Positions 41,148-49,589 of a stretch of 64,000 nt of DNA are shown piece by piece. The stretch lies in NCBI GenBank assembly GCA_963764975.1, contig CAVXUF010000002.1:7778-71777 (forward strand), in the 5' to 3' direction. A model generated the notes under the pieces. The model was not told where the DNA came from. It did no database searches and saw only the letters and a list, made by a program, of their open reading frames with translations. This DNA is from an uncultured Chloroflexia bacterium (lineage in GTDB: Bacteria > Chloroflexota > Limnocylindria > Limnocylindrales > CSP1-4). The position numbers and the translations under genes are program-made. Every line of letters starts with the position of its first letter. The first letter of the stretch is position 1.

Positions 41148-41603
41148 TCAGCCCGACGAGCGTCGGGGCCGGATCGACAACACCACCAGCGCGATCCCGA
41201 GAACGAGCGCGAGGATCGGCCACGACAGCGACAGGTCGATGGCCGGCAGCAACTCCCGGATCAGGAAGATGACCCCGACCCCGATGAGCACCAGGCCGAA
41301 GATCAGTCCCGCGCCGTTGCCACCGCGATCACGTGACCGGGCGGGCGACCCGAAGGTCGAGCCACCGCCGTCCGGACCGTCACCGCCGGACCCGTCCGCC
41401 CGCCAGGCGTACCCCTCGGGCGCCTCGGGGACCACCACGGCCATCACGATGTAGATCAGGAGGGTCACGCCGCCGGTCAGGAACACCGAGACGGCCCAGA
41501 TCACCCGCACGATGGACGGATCCGTATCGAAACGCTGGGCCAGGCCGCCGGCGACACCGGCCAGCATCCTCTCGGCGGTCGAGCGGTACAAGCGGTCAGC
41601 CAT
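41148..41603 (-). CDS. PspC domain protein with a C-terminal LiaI/LiaF-like TM hairpin
   Basis: RLYRSTAERMLAGVAGGLAQRF..DPSIVR, YIVMAVVVPE; GLVLIGVGVIFL...WP. Confidence 0.9.
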   Translation of the reverse strand: MADRLYRSTAERMLAGVAGGLAQRFDTDPSIVRVIWAVSVFLTGGVTLLIYIVMAVVVPEAPEGYAWRADGSGGDGPDGGGSTFGSPARSRDRGGNGAGLIFGLVLIGVGVIFLIRELLPAIDLSLSWPILALVLGIALVVLSIRPRRSSG

Positions 41604-42585
41604 CACAACCCTCCTGCGGTTCCAGCCTGATCGACCCCGCGTTCGCCTGGACATCGAGCTCGATGCGGTTCGCGGCGGTCTCGAACCCCGGTGATATCCA
41701 GCGTGAGCCGTCCTTGACGAGCCCGCGCGCCGAGAAGTCGTAGGACGCGATCGGATTGCTGCCGGTCTCGATCCGTAGCCCGACATCGGACGGCGCGCAG
41801 AGCACCACAGACCCGGCGTTCACTTCGATGTCCCCGCGAAACGTCGCGGCCGGGAGGGCGATCTCGATCGATCCGGCATTGCCTTGCACGGCGAGCGTGC
41901 CGACCGCCGCCGCAGACCCGAGATCGAGTGTGACCCGACCGGCGTTGACCTGGACATCGATCGATCCAAGGCGCGCTCCATCGAGGTCCAGCCGCGCGCT
42001 CCCCGCGTCGACCTCGACGCTCAGGTCCAGGGTGGGATCGGTGGGCAGCGTGACCCGCCACGTTCCTCCGATGTTCGACCACCCGAAGGGCCCGCTGCTC
42101 CCCCTTGGCCCGACGGTCAGGCTGCCACCGTCACTTTCGGCAAGCGGCCCGGCGCCCTCAGGATCGGTTCCCTCAACCATCCACAGCGATCCCGGGTTCG
42201 TGCTCACCTGCAATGCTCCGCAAGGCACCTCGATCTGGACGCTCGCCTCGGCACGCGTGAGATCACCGCTCCGGGTCGCGAACGTCTGCCCATCGTCTCC
42301 GCCGCAGAACGTCCCGGGCAGACCGGCAAACCCGCCGATCCCGCCGGCCAGCAGCCCGCCGACGAAGACGCCGAACATGGCCGAGCTCAGCAGCCCGCCG
42401 ATCCAGTCCAGGCGTGTCCGCTGCAGGACGATCCCCAGCCCGGCCGCGACGACCAGGAGGGGCCAGAACCGCCACAGGTCGCCCATCTGCGCGGCCGTCA
42501 GGTAGCCCGCCCGGGCCGCCAGCGGGATCGTGCCGACCAGGATGAAGAAGACCCCCCAGCCCAGGAATGATCGGTCGATTCGCAT
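41596..42585 (-). CDS. LiaF/DUF5668-like membrane protein with a beta-repeat (DUF4097/toastrack-like) domain
   Basis: GVFFILVG..., LWRFWPLLVVAAGLGI; repeated (V/A)NAGS(I/V) beta motifs. Confidence 0.7.
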   Translation of the reverse strand: MRIDRSFLGWGVFFILVGTIPLAARAGYLTAAQMGDLWRFWPLLVVAAGLGIVLQRTRLDWIGGLLSSAMFGVFVGGLLAGGIGGFAGLPGTFCGGDDGQTFATRSGDLTRAEASVQIEVPCGALQVSTNPGSLWMVEGTDPEGAGPLAESDGGSLTVGPRGSSGPFGWSNIGGTWRVTLPTDPTLDLSVEVDAGSARLDLDGARLGSIDVQVNAGRVTLDLGSAAAVGTLAVQGNAGSIEIALPAATFRGDIEVNAGSVVLCAPSDVGLRIETGSNPIASYDFSARGLVKDGSRWISPGFETAANRIELDVQANAGSIRLEPQEGCDG

Positions 42586-42720
42586 CGCGTCTCTGCCAGA
42601 CCCCCGTCCGTACTGTTCGCTCGCTGACCCTTGACCCGGGTATCGCGCGGTCAGGCATATGCTAGCCTCGCCGTCCGAACGGTGGGTATCGTCGTCGGAC
42701 GTCGGGGAGGATCGGTCAGG

Positions 42721-43236
42721 ATGCGACTCAGCGACTGGCGAGACGCGGCGCCGCGCAAGGAATCGATGTCGAACAAGGTCGTGGGTGTCATCGATACCGC
42801 GCTGGACCTGTTCGGCGCCGACCCGGACCCGGAGTGCTGGGTGGTCTGGGGCGACGACCCCAACGTCCGCTACACGATCATGATCCCGATGCCCCCGGGT
42901 CTGATGCTGATCAACGTTCGTGTCAGCGTCCCGGGCGAGGGGCCGCGCGCCGCGGGCAAGCTCGTCCGGTGGCACAAGGTATCCACCGGCGAGTTCGCGA
43001 TCGAGATCCAGGGCGGTCACCGCATGGTCAACTGGCAGCTCGAGAACCACGTCATGCGCGGCACGGACGAGTCGGCGGACCAGATGGCCGCCTTCGTTCG
43101 GAGCGTCTACGAGGCCATCGACGGGCCGACGTACATCGGCGCCATCGCGGCCGACTCGGGCACGATCGGCAAGTCGGGCCGTCGTCGCGCCAAGTCGGTC
43201 CTGCGGCTGCCCGCGCCGAAGGAGACCAGCGGCTGA
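42721..43236 (+). CDS. Conserved hypothetical protein
   Basis: GGAGG SD, clean codon usage, first gene of an overlapping operon. Confidence 0.7.
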   Translation: MRLSDWRDAAPRKESMSNKVVGVIDTALDLFGADPDPECWVVWGDDPNVRYTIMIPMPPGLMLINVRVSVPGEGPRAAGKLVRWHKVSTGEFAIEIQGGHRMVNWQLENHVMRGTDESADQMAAFVRSVYEAIDGPTYIGAIAADSGTIGKSGRRRAKSVLRLPAPKETSG

Positions 43237-43886
43237 TCGACGTCGTCATCTTCGACCTCGACGGGGTGCTCGTGGATTCCGAGATCTGGTGGGATGAGGT
43301 CCGGAGCGCATTCGCGGCGACGCACGGGCGCGTCTGGACCGCGGACGATCAGGCGGCTGTCATGGGTGCCAATTCGCGGGCGTGGTCCAGGACCATGCGC
43401 GATCGCCTGGACCTGGAGATGTCCGAATCCGACATCGAGCGAGCGATCGTCGACGGTGTCGTGGCGCGCTTCAAGGCCGAAGGGGCCCCCGGGATCCCGG
43501 GCGCCGTGGAGGCCGCGCGACGGGTCGCCGATGCGTACCCGGTCGCCATCGCCTCGTCCGCGCATCGGGCCGTCATCGAGGCCGCCCTCGAGGCGACGGG
43601 CCTCGCACCGGCCTTCGAGGTCGTCGTGTCGTCGGACGATGTCGAGCACGGCAAGCCGGCTCCCGACGTCTACCTCGAAGCGGCACGGCGCCTGGGCACT
43701 GACCCCGGGCGCTGCCTGGTGATCGAGGACTCGCTCAACGGGGTCCTGGCGGCCAAGGCGGCGGGCATGACGGTCGTGCTGGTGCCGAACCACAGCGTGC
43801 CGCCGGCGCCCGGCGCCGCCGAGCGCGCGGATGTCGTGCTCGCACGGCTCGCAGATCTCGACGTCGCGGCCGTCGGCGGGCGGTGA
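43233..43886 (+). CDS. HAD-family phosphatase (probable CTG start)
   Basis: VIFDLDGVLVDSE, IASSA, GKPAPDVYL, IEDSLNG. Confidence 0.9.
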   Translation: MIDVVIFDLDGVLVDSEIWWDEVRSAFAATHGRVWTADDQAAVMGANSRAWSRTMRDRLDLEMSESDIERAIVDGVVARFKAEGAPGIPGAVEAARRVADAYPVAIASSAHRAVIEAALEATGLAPAFEVVVSSDDVEHGKPAPDVYLEAARRLGTDPGRCLVIEDSLNGVLAAKAAGMTVVLVPNHSVPPAPGAAERADVVLARLADLDVAAVGGR

Positions 43887-43890
43887 GACC

Positions 43891-44727
43891 GTGGCGACGT
43901 CGACCCCACCTGGATCGATCCGTCGGACCATGCGGTACTACACGTCACGGGTGGCCGTCGGTCTCCTGACACGCGCGCTCTTCCGCCTCCGCGTGGAGGG
44001 TCGTGATCGTCTGCCGTCCGGTCCCGCGATCCTGTGCTTCAACCACCTCGGTTGGGCGGATCCGTTCGTCCTCATGGCGACGTTGCCGCTTCGTCCGCGC
44101 TTGTTCTTCTTCGGTCCGAAGGAGGAGGACATGGCCGTCGGTGGCCGGAACCGGATGATGCTCTGGACGGGGACCGCGATCCCGTACAAGCCGGGCAAGA
44201 ACGATCTGCTCGACGCCACGCGGCGGGTCGGCGCGGTGATCGCGGAGGGCGGCGTGGTCGCGATCGCGGGGGAGGGACGGATCCACGTTCGTGAGGCCGG
44301 CCTGCTGCCGTTGAGCGAGGGCGCCGCCTACTTCGCCCTGCGCTCGAGCGTCCCGATCGTCCCGATCGCGATCAACGGCACCAGCTGGCTCCGGTTCGGG
44401 GGCCGGATCCGGGTGCGGGTCGGCGAGCCGATCACGACCGAGGGTCGGCCGACGCGGGCCGCGATCGCGTCGATCACGGATCAGACGTGGCGCGCCATGC
44501 ACGAGATGGTCGCCGGGGCGCCAGAACGGCCAGTCCCGGGCCGGTTCGGACGATGGTTGACCGAGATCTTCAACGAGTGGCCGGAGGGGTCGCGGGCCGC
44601 TGCGCTCGCCTTCGAGCTGGCTGCTGGATCGAGCGAGCCGGGGACCGCCGGGGTCAGCGAGCCAGGGACTGCCGAGCCTGGCGAACATGCGCCCGTCGAG
44701 TCAGACGACGCGCACCCCGCGTCCTGA
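43891..44727 (+). CDS. Lysophospholipid acyltransferase (PlsC-like)
   Basis: NHLGWAD (HX4D), GEGRI, VPIVPIAING. Confidence 0.88.
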   Translation: MATSTPPGSIRRTMRYYTSRVAVGLLTRALFRLRVEGRDRLPSGPAILCFNHLGWADPFVLMATLPLRPRLFFFGPKEEDMAVGGRNRMMLWTGTAIPYKPGKNDLLDATRRVGAVIAEGGVVAIAGEGRIHVREAGLLPLSEGAAYFALRSSVPIVPIAINGTSWLRFGGRIRVRVGEPITTEGRPTRAAIASITDQTWRAMHEMVAGAPERPVPGRFGRWLTEIFNEWPEGSRAAALAFELAAGSSEPGTAGVSEPGTAEPGEHAPVESDDAHPAS

Positions 44728-44772
44728 CGCTGGCATACTGGGGGCCACCCGACACCAGACGCAGGAGTGACC

Positions 44773-45138
44773 GTGGGAGCGACCGGGCTGTCGAGCGACC
44801 CGACCGAATATCAAGACCGCCTGGCGGGCCAGGAAGACCGGCAGATCGACGCCTGGGCCGCCGAGCTCATGCGCGACGTCGCCATCCGCCGCGGGGTCAT
44901 CAAGGTCGTCCGCGACTTTCGTGCTGCCGCGAAGCTGGATGAATCGGGTTTCGAACGGGTGTTCGCTTCTGGCGGTGGGCCGCCGGCCTCCATCGGACGG
45001 GATCGCGCGGGACACCTCATGGTGCCGGCCATCACGCTCCATGCCCTCGTGCCGGGGATCCGGACGCAAGTCAAGGACGCGCGGGAGCGCCTGATCGCGT
45101 ACCTCGTCGCGAACTTCGAGGAGATCGTCTACGTCTAG
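44773..45138 (+). CDS. Conserved hypothetical protein
   Basis: GGAG SD, high GC3, globular 121-aa ORF. Confidence 0.7.
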   Translation: MGATGLSSDPTEYQDRLAGQEDRQIDAWAAELMRDVAIRRGVIKVVRDFRAAAKLDESGFERVFASGGGPPASIGRDRAGHLMVPAITLHALVPGIRTQVKDARERLIAYLVANFEEIVYV

Positions 45139-46006
45139 GGCGCTCCGTCGCCTGGCGGGCGCGATCCGCCTGACCCACCCCTTCCCGTCGATCCTCGACG
45201 GGGCGGTCGTCTCAGTGGCGGCCATCTACATCGGCGCGACCGATGGGACGGCCCTCCGCCTCGGACTGGCGATGGTGGCCCTCCAGGCCTCGATCGGGAT
45301 CGTCAACGACATCGTGGACGCCCCGCGTGATGCTGGCCGCGTCCCGCCCAAACCCATCCCCGCCGGCCTCCTCGGCGTAGGACCGGCGCAAGGGATGGCC
45401 GTGTTGGCGGCCGCGCTGGGGCTCGGACTCTCGAGCGTCTCCGGTGGCGGCCTGGTGGCCATCGCCATCGTGGTGCTCGCGATCGGGTACGGCTACAACC
45501 TCGTCTTCAAGGGGACCGCCTGGTCCTGGCTGCCATTCGCCGTGGGGATCCCGTTGCTTCCGGTCTTCGGCTGGGTCGGCGCGTCCGGGACGCTCCCGTC
45601 GGGGAGTGGGATCGTCGTGGGGGCGGCGATGATCGCCGGCGCGGGGCTCGCCATCGCCAACGCCAGGGCCGACGTCGAACAGGACGAGTCGACCGGGACG
45701 GTCTCGGTCGCGACGGTCCTCGGCCTGCGACGATCGTGGTGGCTGGCGACGAGCCTGCTCGGGGGCGTGACCGTTCTGGCGCTCTGGCTTCTGGCGGAAC
45801 CGCCGCCGACGACCGCGACGATCGGGCTGGTGCTCGTCGCGTACATCGGCGCCGCCGTGATCGCGCTTGGCGCCCTCCTGGGTCGGAGCGGCTCGCCGAG
45901 GCGGCGCGAACTCGCCTGGGAGTGCCAGGCGATCGGCGTGGTCGTGCTCGCCGCCGGCTACCTTGCCGCCAGGGGCATCCAGTCCGGGCTGATGCCGCCA
46001 GCTTGA
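45131..46006 (+). CDS. UbiA-family prenyltransferase (probable ACG start)
   Basis: IRLTHPFP, NDIVDAPRD (first Asp-rich motif), KPIPAG, YNLVFK, NARADVEQD. Confidence 0.85.
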   Translation, partial: TSRALRRLAGAIRLTHPFPSILDGAVVSVAAIYIGATDGTALRLGLAMVALQASIGIVNDIVDAPRDAGRVPPKPIPAGLLGVGPAQGMAVLAAALGLGLSSVSGGGLVAIAIVVLAIGYGYNLVFKGTAWSWLPFAVGIPLLPVFGWVGASGTLPSGSGIVVGAAMIAGAGLAIANARADVEQDESTGTVSVATVLGLRRSWWLATSLLGGVTVLALWLLAEPPPTTATIGLVLVAYIGAAVIALGALLGRSGSPRRRELAWECQAIGVVVLAAGYLAARGIQSGLMPPA

Positions 46007-46016
46007 TCGCGTCGGG

Positions 46017-47054
46017 CTAGAGGCTCGGGTCGTCGCTCCGGACCATCGCGATGGCGTTCTCGAGCTTGAGCTTGGTGATCGTCAGGTACTTCGCGAGGTT
46101 CGCCCGGTCGACGGGTTCGATGGTGGCCCGATCGGCGCTGCGCAGGACGTCCACGAGCTCCTCGACCGCGTCGGCCACGGACTGCTTCGCGTTGATGAGC
46201 GCGTCGTCCGAAAGGGCTCCGCGCGGCTCACGGACCGCGTGTGCCTCCACCACCGGGGTGGGGGACATGACGGTGTCGCCGTCGGACACGATCGCGACGT
46301 CGTCCTCGGGATGATCGTCGTCGAGGTCGGCGACGGCCCGTCGGGCCGACGATGTCCGTCGGCCTTCGATCTTGTCCCGCAACTTGATCAGCGTCAGCTC
46401 GCCGCGGGCGACCTGCTCGGCAAGCCGTCGGCGCTTCTTCGGATCGTCGACCTTCATCAGTTCGTAGGCGTGGGACAGCGTGTCTTTGCGCAAGGACACC
46501 AGCTCACGGACTTCGGGCGGGGCGTCGGCCAGGCGCAACCGGTTCTCCAGGTAACCCTTGTCCTTGCCCAGTTTGTCCGCGAGTTTTCGGATGCTGTAGC
46601 CGTGCTCACGCACCATCCGGTCGTACATGGCCGCTTCGTCGAGTGGCGACAGGTCCTCGCGCTGGAGGTTCTCGATGATCGCGATCTCGAGAGCGGTGTC
46701 ATCGTCGATGTCCTCGATCAGGGCGGGGATGGTCTCCAGCCCGGCGATCTTGGACGCACGCCAACGCCGTTCCCCGGCGATCAGCTGGTAGCGGGTCGCA
46801 TCGAGCGGACGGACGAGGATGGGCTGGAGGACACCGTGCTCTCGGATGGATGCCGCGAGTTCCTGGAGCGACGACTGATCGAATGCCAGGCGTGGCTGTT
46901 CCGGGTTCGGTTCGATGCGATCGATGGCGACGATACGAACCCCGACCGACCGGATCGGACCGTCGGAGGACAACAGGCTGACGATCGCGGGCGATAGCTC
47001 GCGATCCTCGGACAGTCGGCGAGCCGCTGCCGCACGGAAATCAGGCCGGGACAA
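46017..47054 (-). CDS. parB: ParB/RepB/Spo0J family partition protein
   Basis: IEPNPEQPR, LAASIREHGVLQPILVR, IAGERRWRA (CTP-binding), ENLQREDLSPLDEA, HTH. Confidence 0.95.
   Translation of the reverse strand: MSRPDFRAAAARRLSEDRELSPAIVSLLSSDGPIRSVGVRIVAIDRIEPNPEQPRLAFDQSSLQELAASIREHGVLQPILVRPLDATRYQLIAGERRWRASKIAGLETIPALIEDIDDDTALEIAIIENLQREDLSPLDEAAMYDRMVREHGYSIRKLADKLGKDKGYLENRLRLADAPPEVRELVSLRKDTLSHAYELMKVDDPKKRRRLAEQVARGELTLIKLRDKIEGRRTSSARRAVADLDDDHPEDDVAIVSDGDTVMSPTPVVEAHAVREPRGALSDDALINAKQSVADAVEELVDVLRSADRATIEPVDRANLAKYLTITKLKLENAIAMVRSDDPSL
46482..46497. promoter_or_regulatory. parS-like 16-bp palindrome, copy 1 (inside parB)
   Basis: GTCTTTGCGCAAGGAC; symmetry extends to GTGTC...GACAC (46480-46499). 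Confidence 0.65.
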
Positions 47055-47811
47055 GGTCGATCACCTCCTTGGCCAACGCGCGATAGGTCTTCGCCGCTTC
47101 GCTCGCGCTCGCGTACGACGTGATAGGTCGACCCACGAGCGGCGCCTCCCCAAGCTTCACGGTATTGCGGATGATGCTCGTGAAGACATGGTGGTCGCCG
47201 ACGACACGCAGCTCGTCGAGCATGTCGCGCGCGAGATTGGTCCGACCGTCGAAGAACGTGGGGAGCAGACCCAGGATCCGCAGGTCGCGGTTGAGCTTGA
47301 GTCTGATCGCGTTGATGACCTTGACGAGATTGTTCAGGCCCTTCAGCGCGTAGTACTGCGTCTGCACCGGGATGATGACCCCGTTGGCCGCGACGAGACC
47401 GTTCACGGTGAGCAGCCCCAGGTTGGGCGGGCAGTCGATGAGGACGTAGTCGTATTCATCGACGTGGCCGTCGATCGCCTCGCGCAGGATCTGCTCGCGG
47501 CCAAGCGCGGTGAACAACTCGCCTTCGGTCGAGGCGAGATCGATGTGCGCCGGCGCCACGTCGACGCCCTCGGTCTCGGTCGAGAGGATGATGTCCTTCA
47601 TCGTCGATCGGCCGTCGGACAGCACGTCCGCGATCGAGCGCTCGACATTGTTGAGGTTGATCCCGAGGCCGGCCGTCAGATTCGCCTGTGGATCGATGTC
47701 GATGCACAGGACGCGATGGCCGTTCTCGGCGAGGGCGCCGGCCAGGTTGATCGCCGTGGTCGTCTTCCCGACGCCGCCCTTCTGGTTGGCGATCGCGATG
47801 ATGTTCGTCAC
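47041..47811 (-). CDS. parA: ParA/Soj family ATPase
   Basis: [52 protein letters not shown]. Confidence 0.96.
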   Translation of the reverse strand: MTNIIAIANQKGGVGKTTTAINLAGALAENGHRVLCIDIDPQANLTAGLGINLNNVERSIADVLSDGRSTMKDIILSTETEGVDVAPAHIDLASTEGELFTALGREQILREAIDGHVDEYDYVLIDCPPNLGLLTVNGLVAANGVIIPVQTQYYALKGLNNLVKVINAIRLKLNRDLRILGLLPTFFDGRTNLARDMLDELRVVGDHHVFTSIIRNTVKLGEAPLVGRPITSYASASEAAKTYRALAKEVIDLVPA

Positions 47812-47913
47812 CGGGCCCTCACCTCAAGATCCGTGTCGACCGCCCCCGCGTCGCTGGGGGATTGTCGCGAGTCGCTCATCCTACCCCCTGTGATGCGTTG
47901 ACGGACACCATGG

Positions 47914-47956
47914 TTATCCACACTCGAGCAGACTTGTTCACCGAATCTGTGGATAT
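47914..47956. promoter_or_regulatory. DnaA boxes
   Basis: Perfect TTATCCACA at 47914-47922; inverted TGTGGATAT at 47948-47956 (1 mismatch); degenerate TTGTTCACC at 47934. Confidence 0.65.
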
Positions 47957-48010
47957 CCGAGCGGCGCCGATCGTGTCGGGACGACGGTCGAACGAGGCTA
48001 TCATGCACCT

Positions 48011-48026
48011 GTCCTTGCGCAAAGAC
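48011..48026. promoter_or_regulatory. parS-like 16-bp palindrome, copy 2
   Basis: GTCCTTGCGCAAAGAC, the exact reverse complement of copy 1. Confidence 0.65.
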
Positions 48027-48047
48027 GGCGACGATGGGAGCGATAGC

Positions 48048-49589
48048 GTGCCCGACAACCAGGAACGGTTCGATCGACTGGACGCGATGCGCGCCGAGTC
48101 GCGGCTCGGCGGTGGGAAAGCGCGGATCGCGAAACAGCACGCAGCCGGGAAGCTGACGGCCCGTGAACGCCTGGACCTGCTGCTGGATCCTGACTCGTTC
48201 ATCGAACTCGATGCCTTCGTGACGAACCACAACGGCGCCGAGGAGCGGTACCTGGGGGATGGCGTCGTCACGGGGCACGGAACGATCGACGGGCGACTGG
48301 TCTTCGTGTTCAGCCAGGACTTCACGGTCTTCGGCGGTTCGCTGTCGGAAGCCTACGCCGGGAAGATCTGCAAGGTGATGGACCTCGCGATGAAGGTGGG
48401 CGCCCCGATCATTGGACTCAACGATTCGGGCGGAGCACGGATCCAGGAGGGCGTGGCGTCGCTTGGCGGCTACGCCGAGATCTTCCTGCGCAACGTCCTC
48501 GCGTCCGGTGTCGTGCCGCAGATCTCGGTGATCCTCGGGCCATGTGCCGGTGGCGCCGTGTATTCCCCGGCCATGACCGACTTCACCGTCATGGTGGAGG
48601 GGACCAGTTACATGTTCGTCACCGGACCGAACGTGGTCCGGACCGTGACGCACGAGGAAGTCGACGCCGAGTATCTCGGCGGCGCGATCACCCACACGAC
48701 GCGCAGCGGGGTCGCGCACATCGCGGTCCCTGATGAAGCCACGGCCTTCGACCGTGTTCGCGGTCTGCTGGCGCATCTGCCGGCGAACAACCTCGGAAGC
48801 GCGCCGACGGTCGCGTCGAGCGATCCCGACGATCGGATGGACCTCGAGCTCGATCGCGTCGTGCCCGATGATCCGCGAACCCCGTACGACATGCACGACG
48901 TGCTACGACGCGTCATCGACGACGGCGATCTGCTCGAGATCCAGCCGGCCGGGGCCGGGAACATCATCGTCGGGTTCGCACGCCTCGGGGGTCGAAGCGT
49001 CGGCATCGTCGCGCAGCAGCCGTCCGTCCTCGCCGGCGCGCTCGACATCGATGCCTCCGTCAAGGCGGCCAGGTTCGTGCGGACCTGCGACGCCTTCAAC
49101 GTGCCGCTCATCACGTTCGTCGACGTGCCCGGGTTCCTGCCGGGTGTCGCGCAGGAGCACGGCGGGATCATCCGTCACGGCGCCAAGCTGTTGTATGCGT
49201 ATTGCGAAGCTACCGTCCCGAAGTTGACGGTGATCACGCGCAAGGCGTACGGCGGGGCGTACGACGTCATGAGCAGCAAGCACATCCGCGGCGACATGAA
49301 CTTTGCCTGGCCCACGGCCGAGATCGCGGTGATGGGCGCTGATGGCGCCGTCAGCATCATCTACCGCGACGAGCTCGCCGGCGCGAGCGATCAGGCCGCC
49401 GAACGCGCTCGACTCGTGGCGGCGTACGAGGCGGAATTCGCCCACCCCTACATCGCTGCGTCGCGCGGCTACATCGACGACGTGATCAAGCCCTCGGAGA
49501 CGCGGCCGCGACTCATCCGCGCGTTGGAGATGCTCGCCGACAAGCGCGAGACGAACCCGCGAAAGAAGCATGGCAACATCCCGCTCTGA
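48048..49589 (+). CDS. pccB: Acyl-CoA (propionyl-CoA) carboxylase beta subunit
   Basis: [52 protein letters not shown]. Confidence 0.95.
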   Translation: MPDNQERFDRLDAMRAESRLGGGKARIAKQHAAGKLTARERLDLLLDPDSFIELDAFVTNHNGAEERYLGDGVVTGHGTIDGRLVFVFSQDFTVFGGSLSEAYAGKICKVMDLAMKVGAPIIGLNDSGGARIQEGVASLGGYAEIFLRNVLASGVVPQISVILGPCAGGAVYSPAMTDFTVMVEGTSYMFVTGPNVVRTVTHEEVDAEYLGGAITHTTRSGVAHIAVPDEATAFDRVRGLLAHLPANNLGSAPTVASSDPDDRMDLELDRVVPDDPRTPYDMHDVLRRVIDDGDLLEIQPAGAGNIIVGFARLGGRSVGIVAQQPSVLAGALDIDASVKAARFVRTCDAFNVPLITFVDVPGFLPGVAQEHGGIIRHGAKLLYAYCEATVPKLTVITRKAYGGAYDVMSSKHIRGDMNFAWPTAEIAVMGADGAVSIIYRDELAGASDQAAERARLVAAYEAEFAHPYIAASRGYIDDVIKPSETRPRLIRALEMLADKRETNPRKKHGNIPL

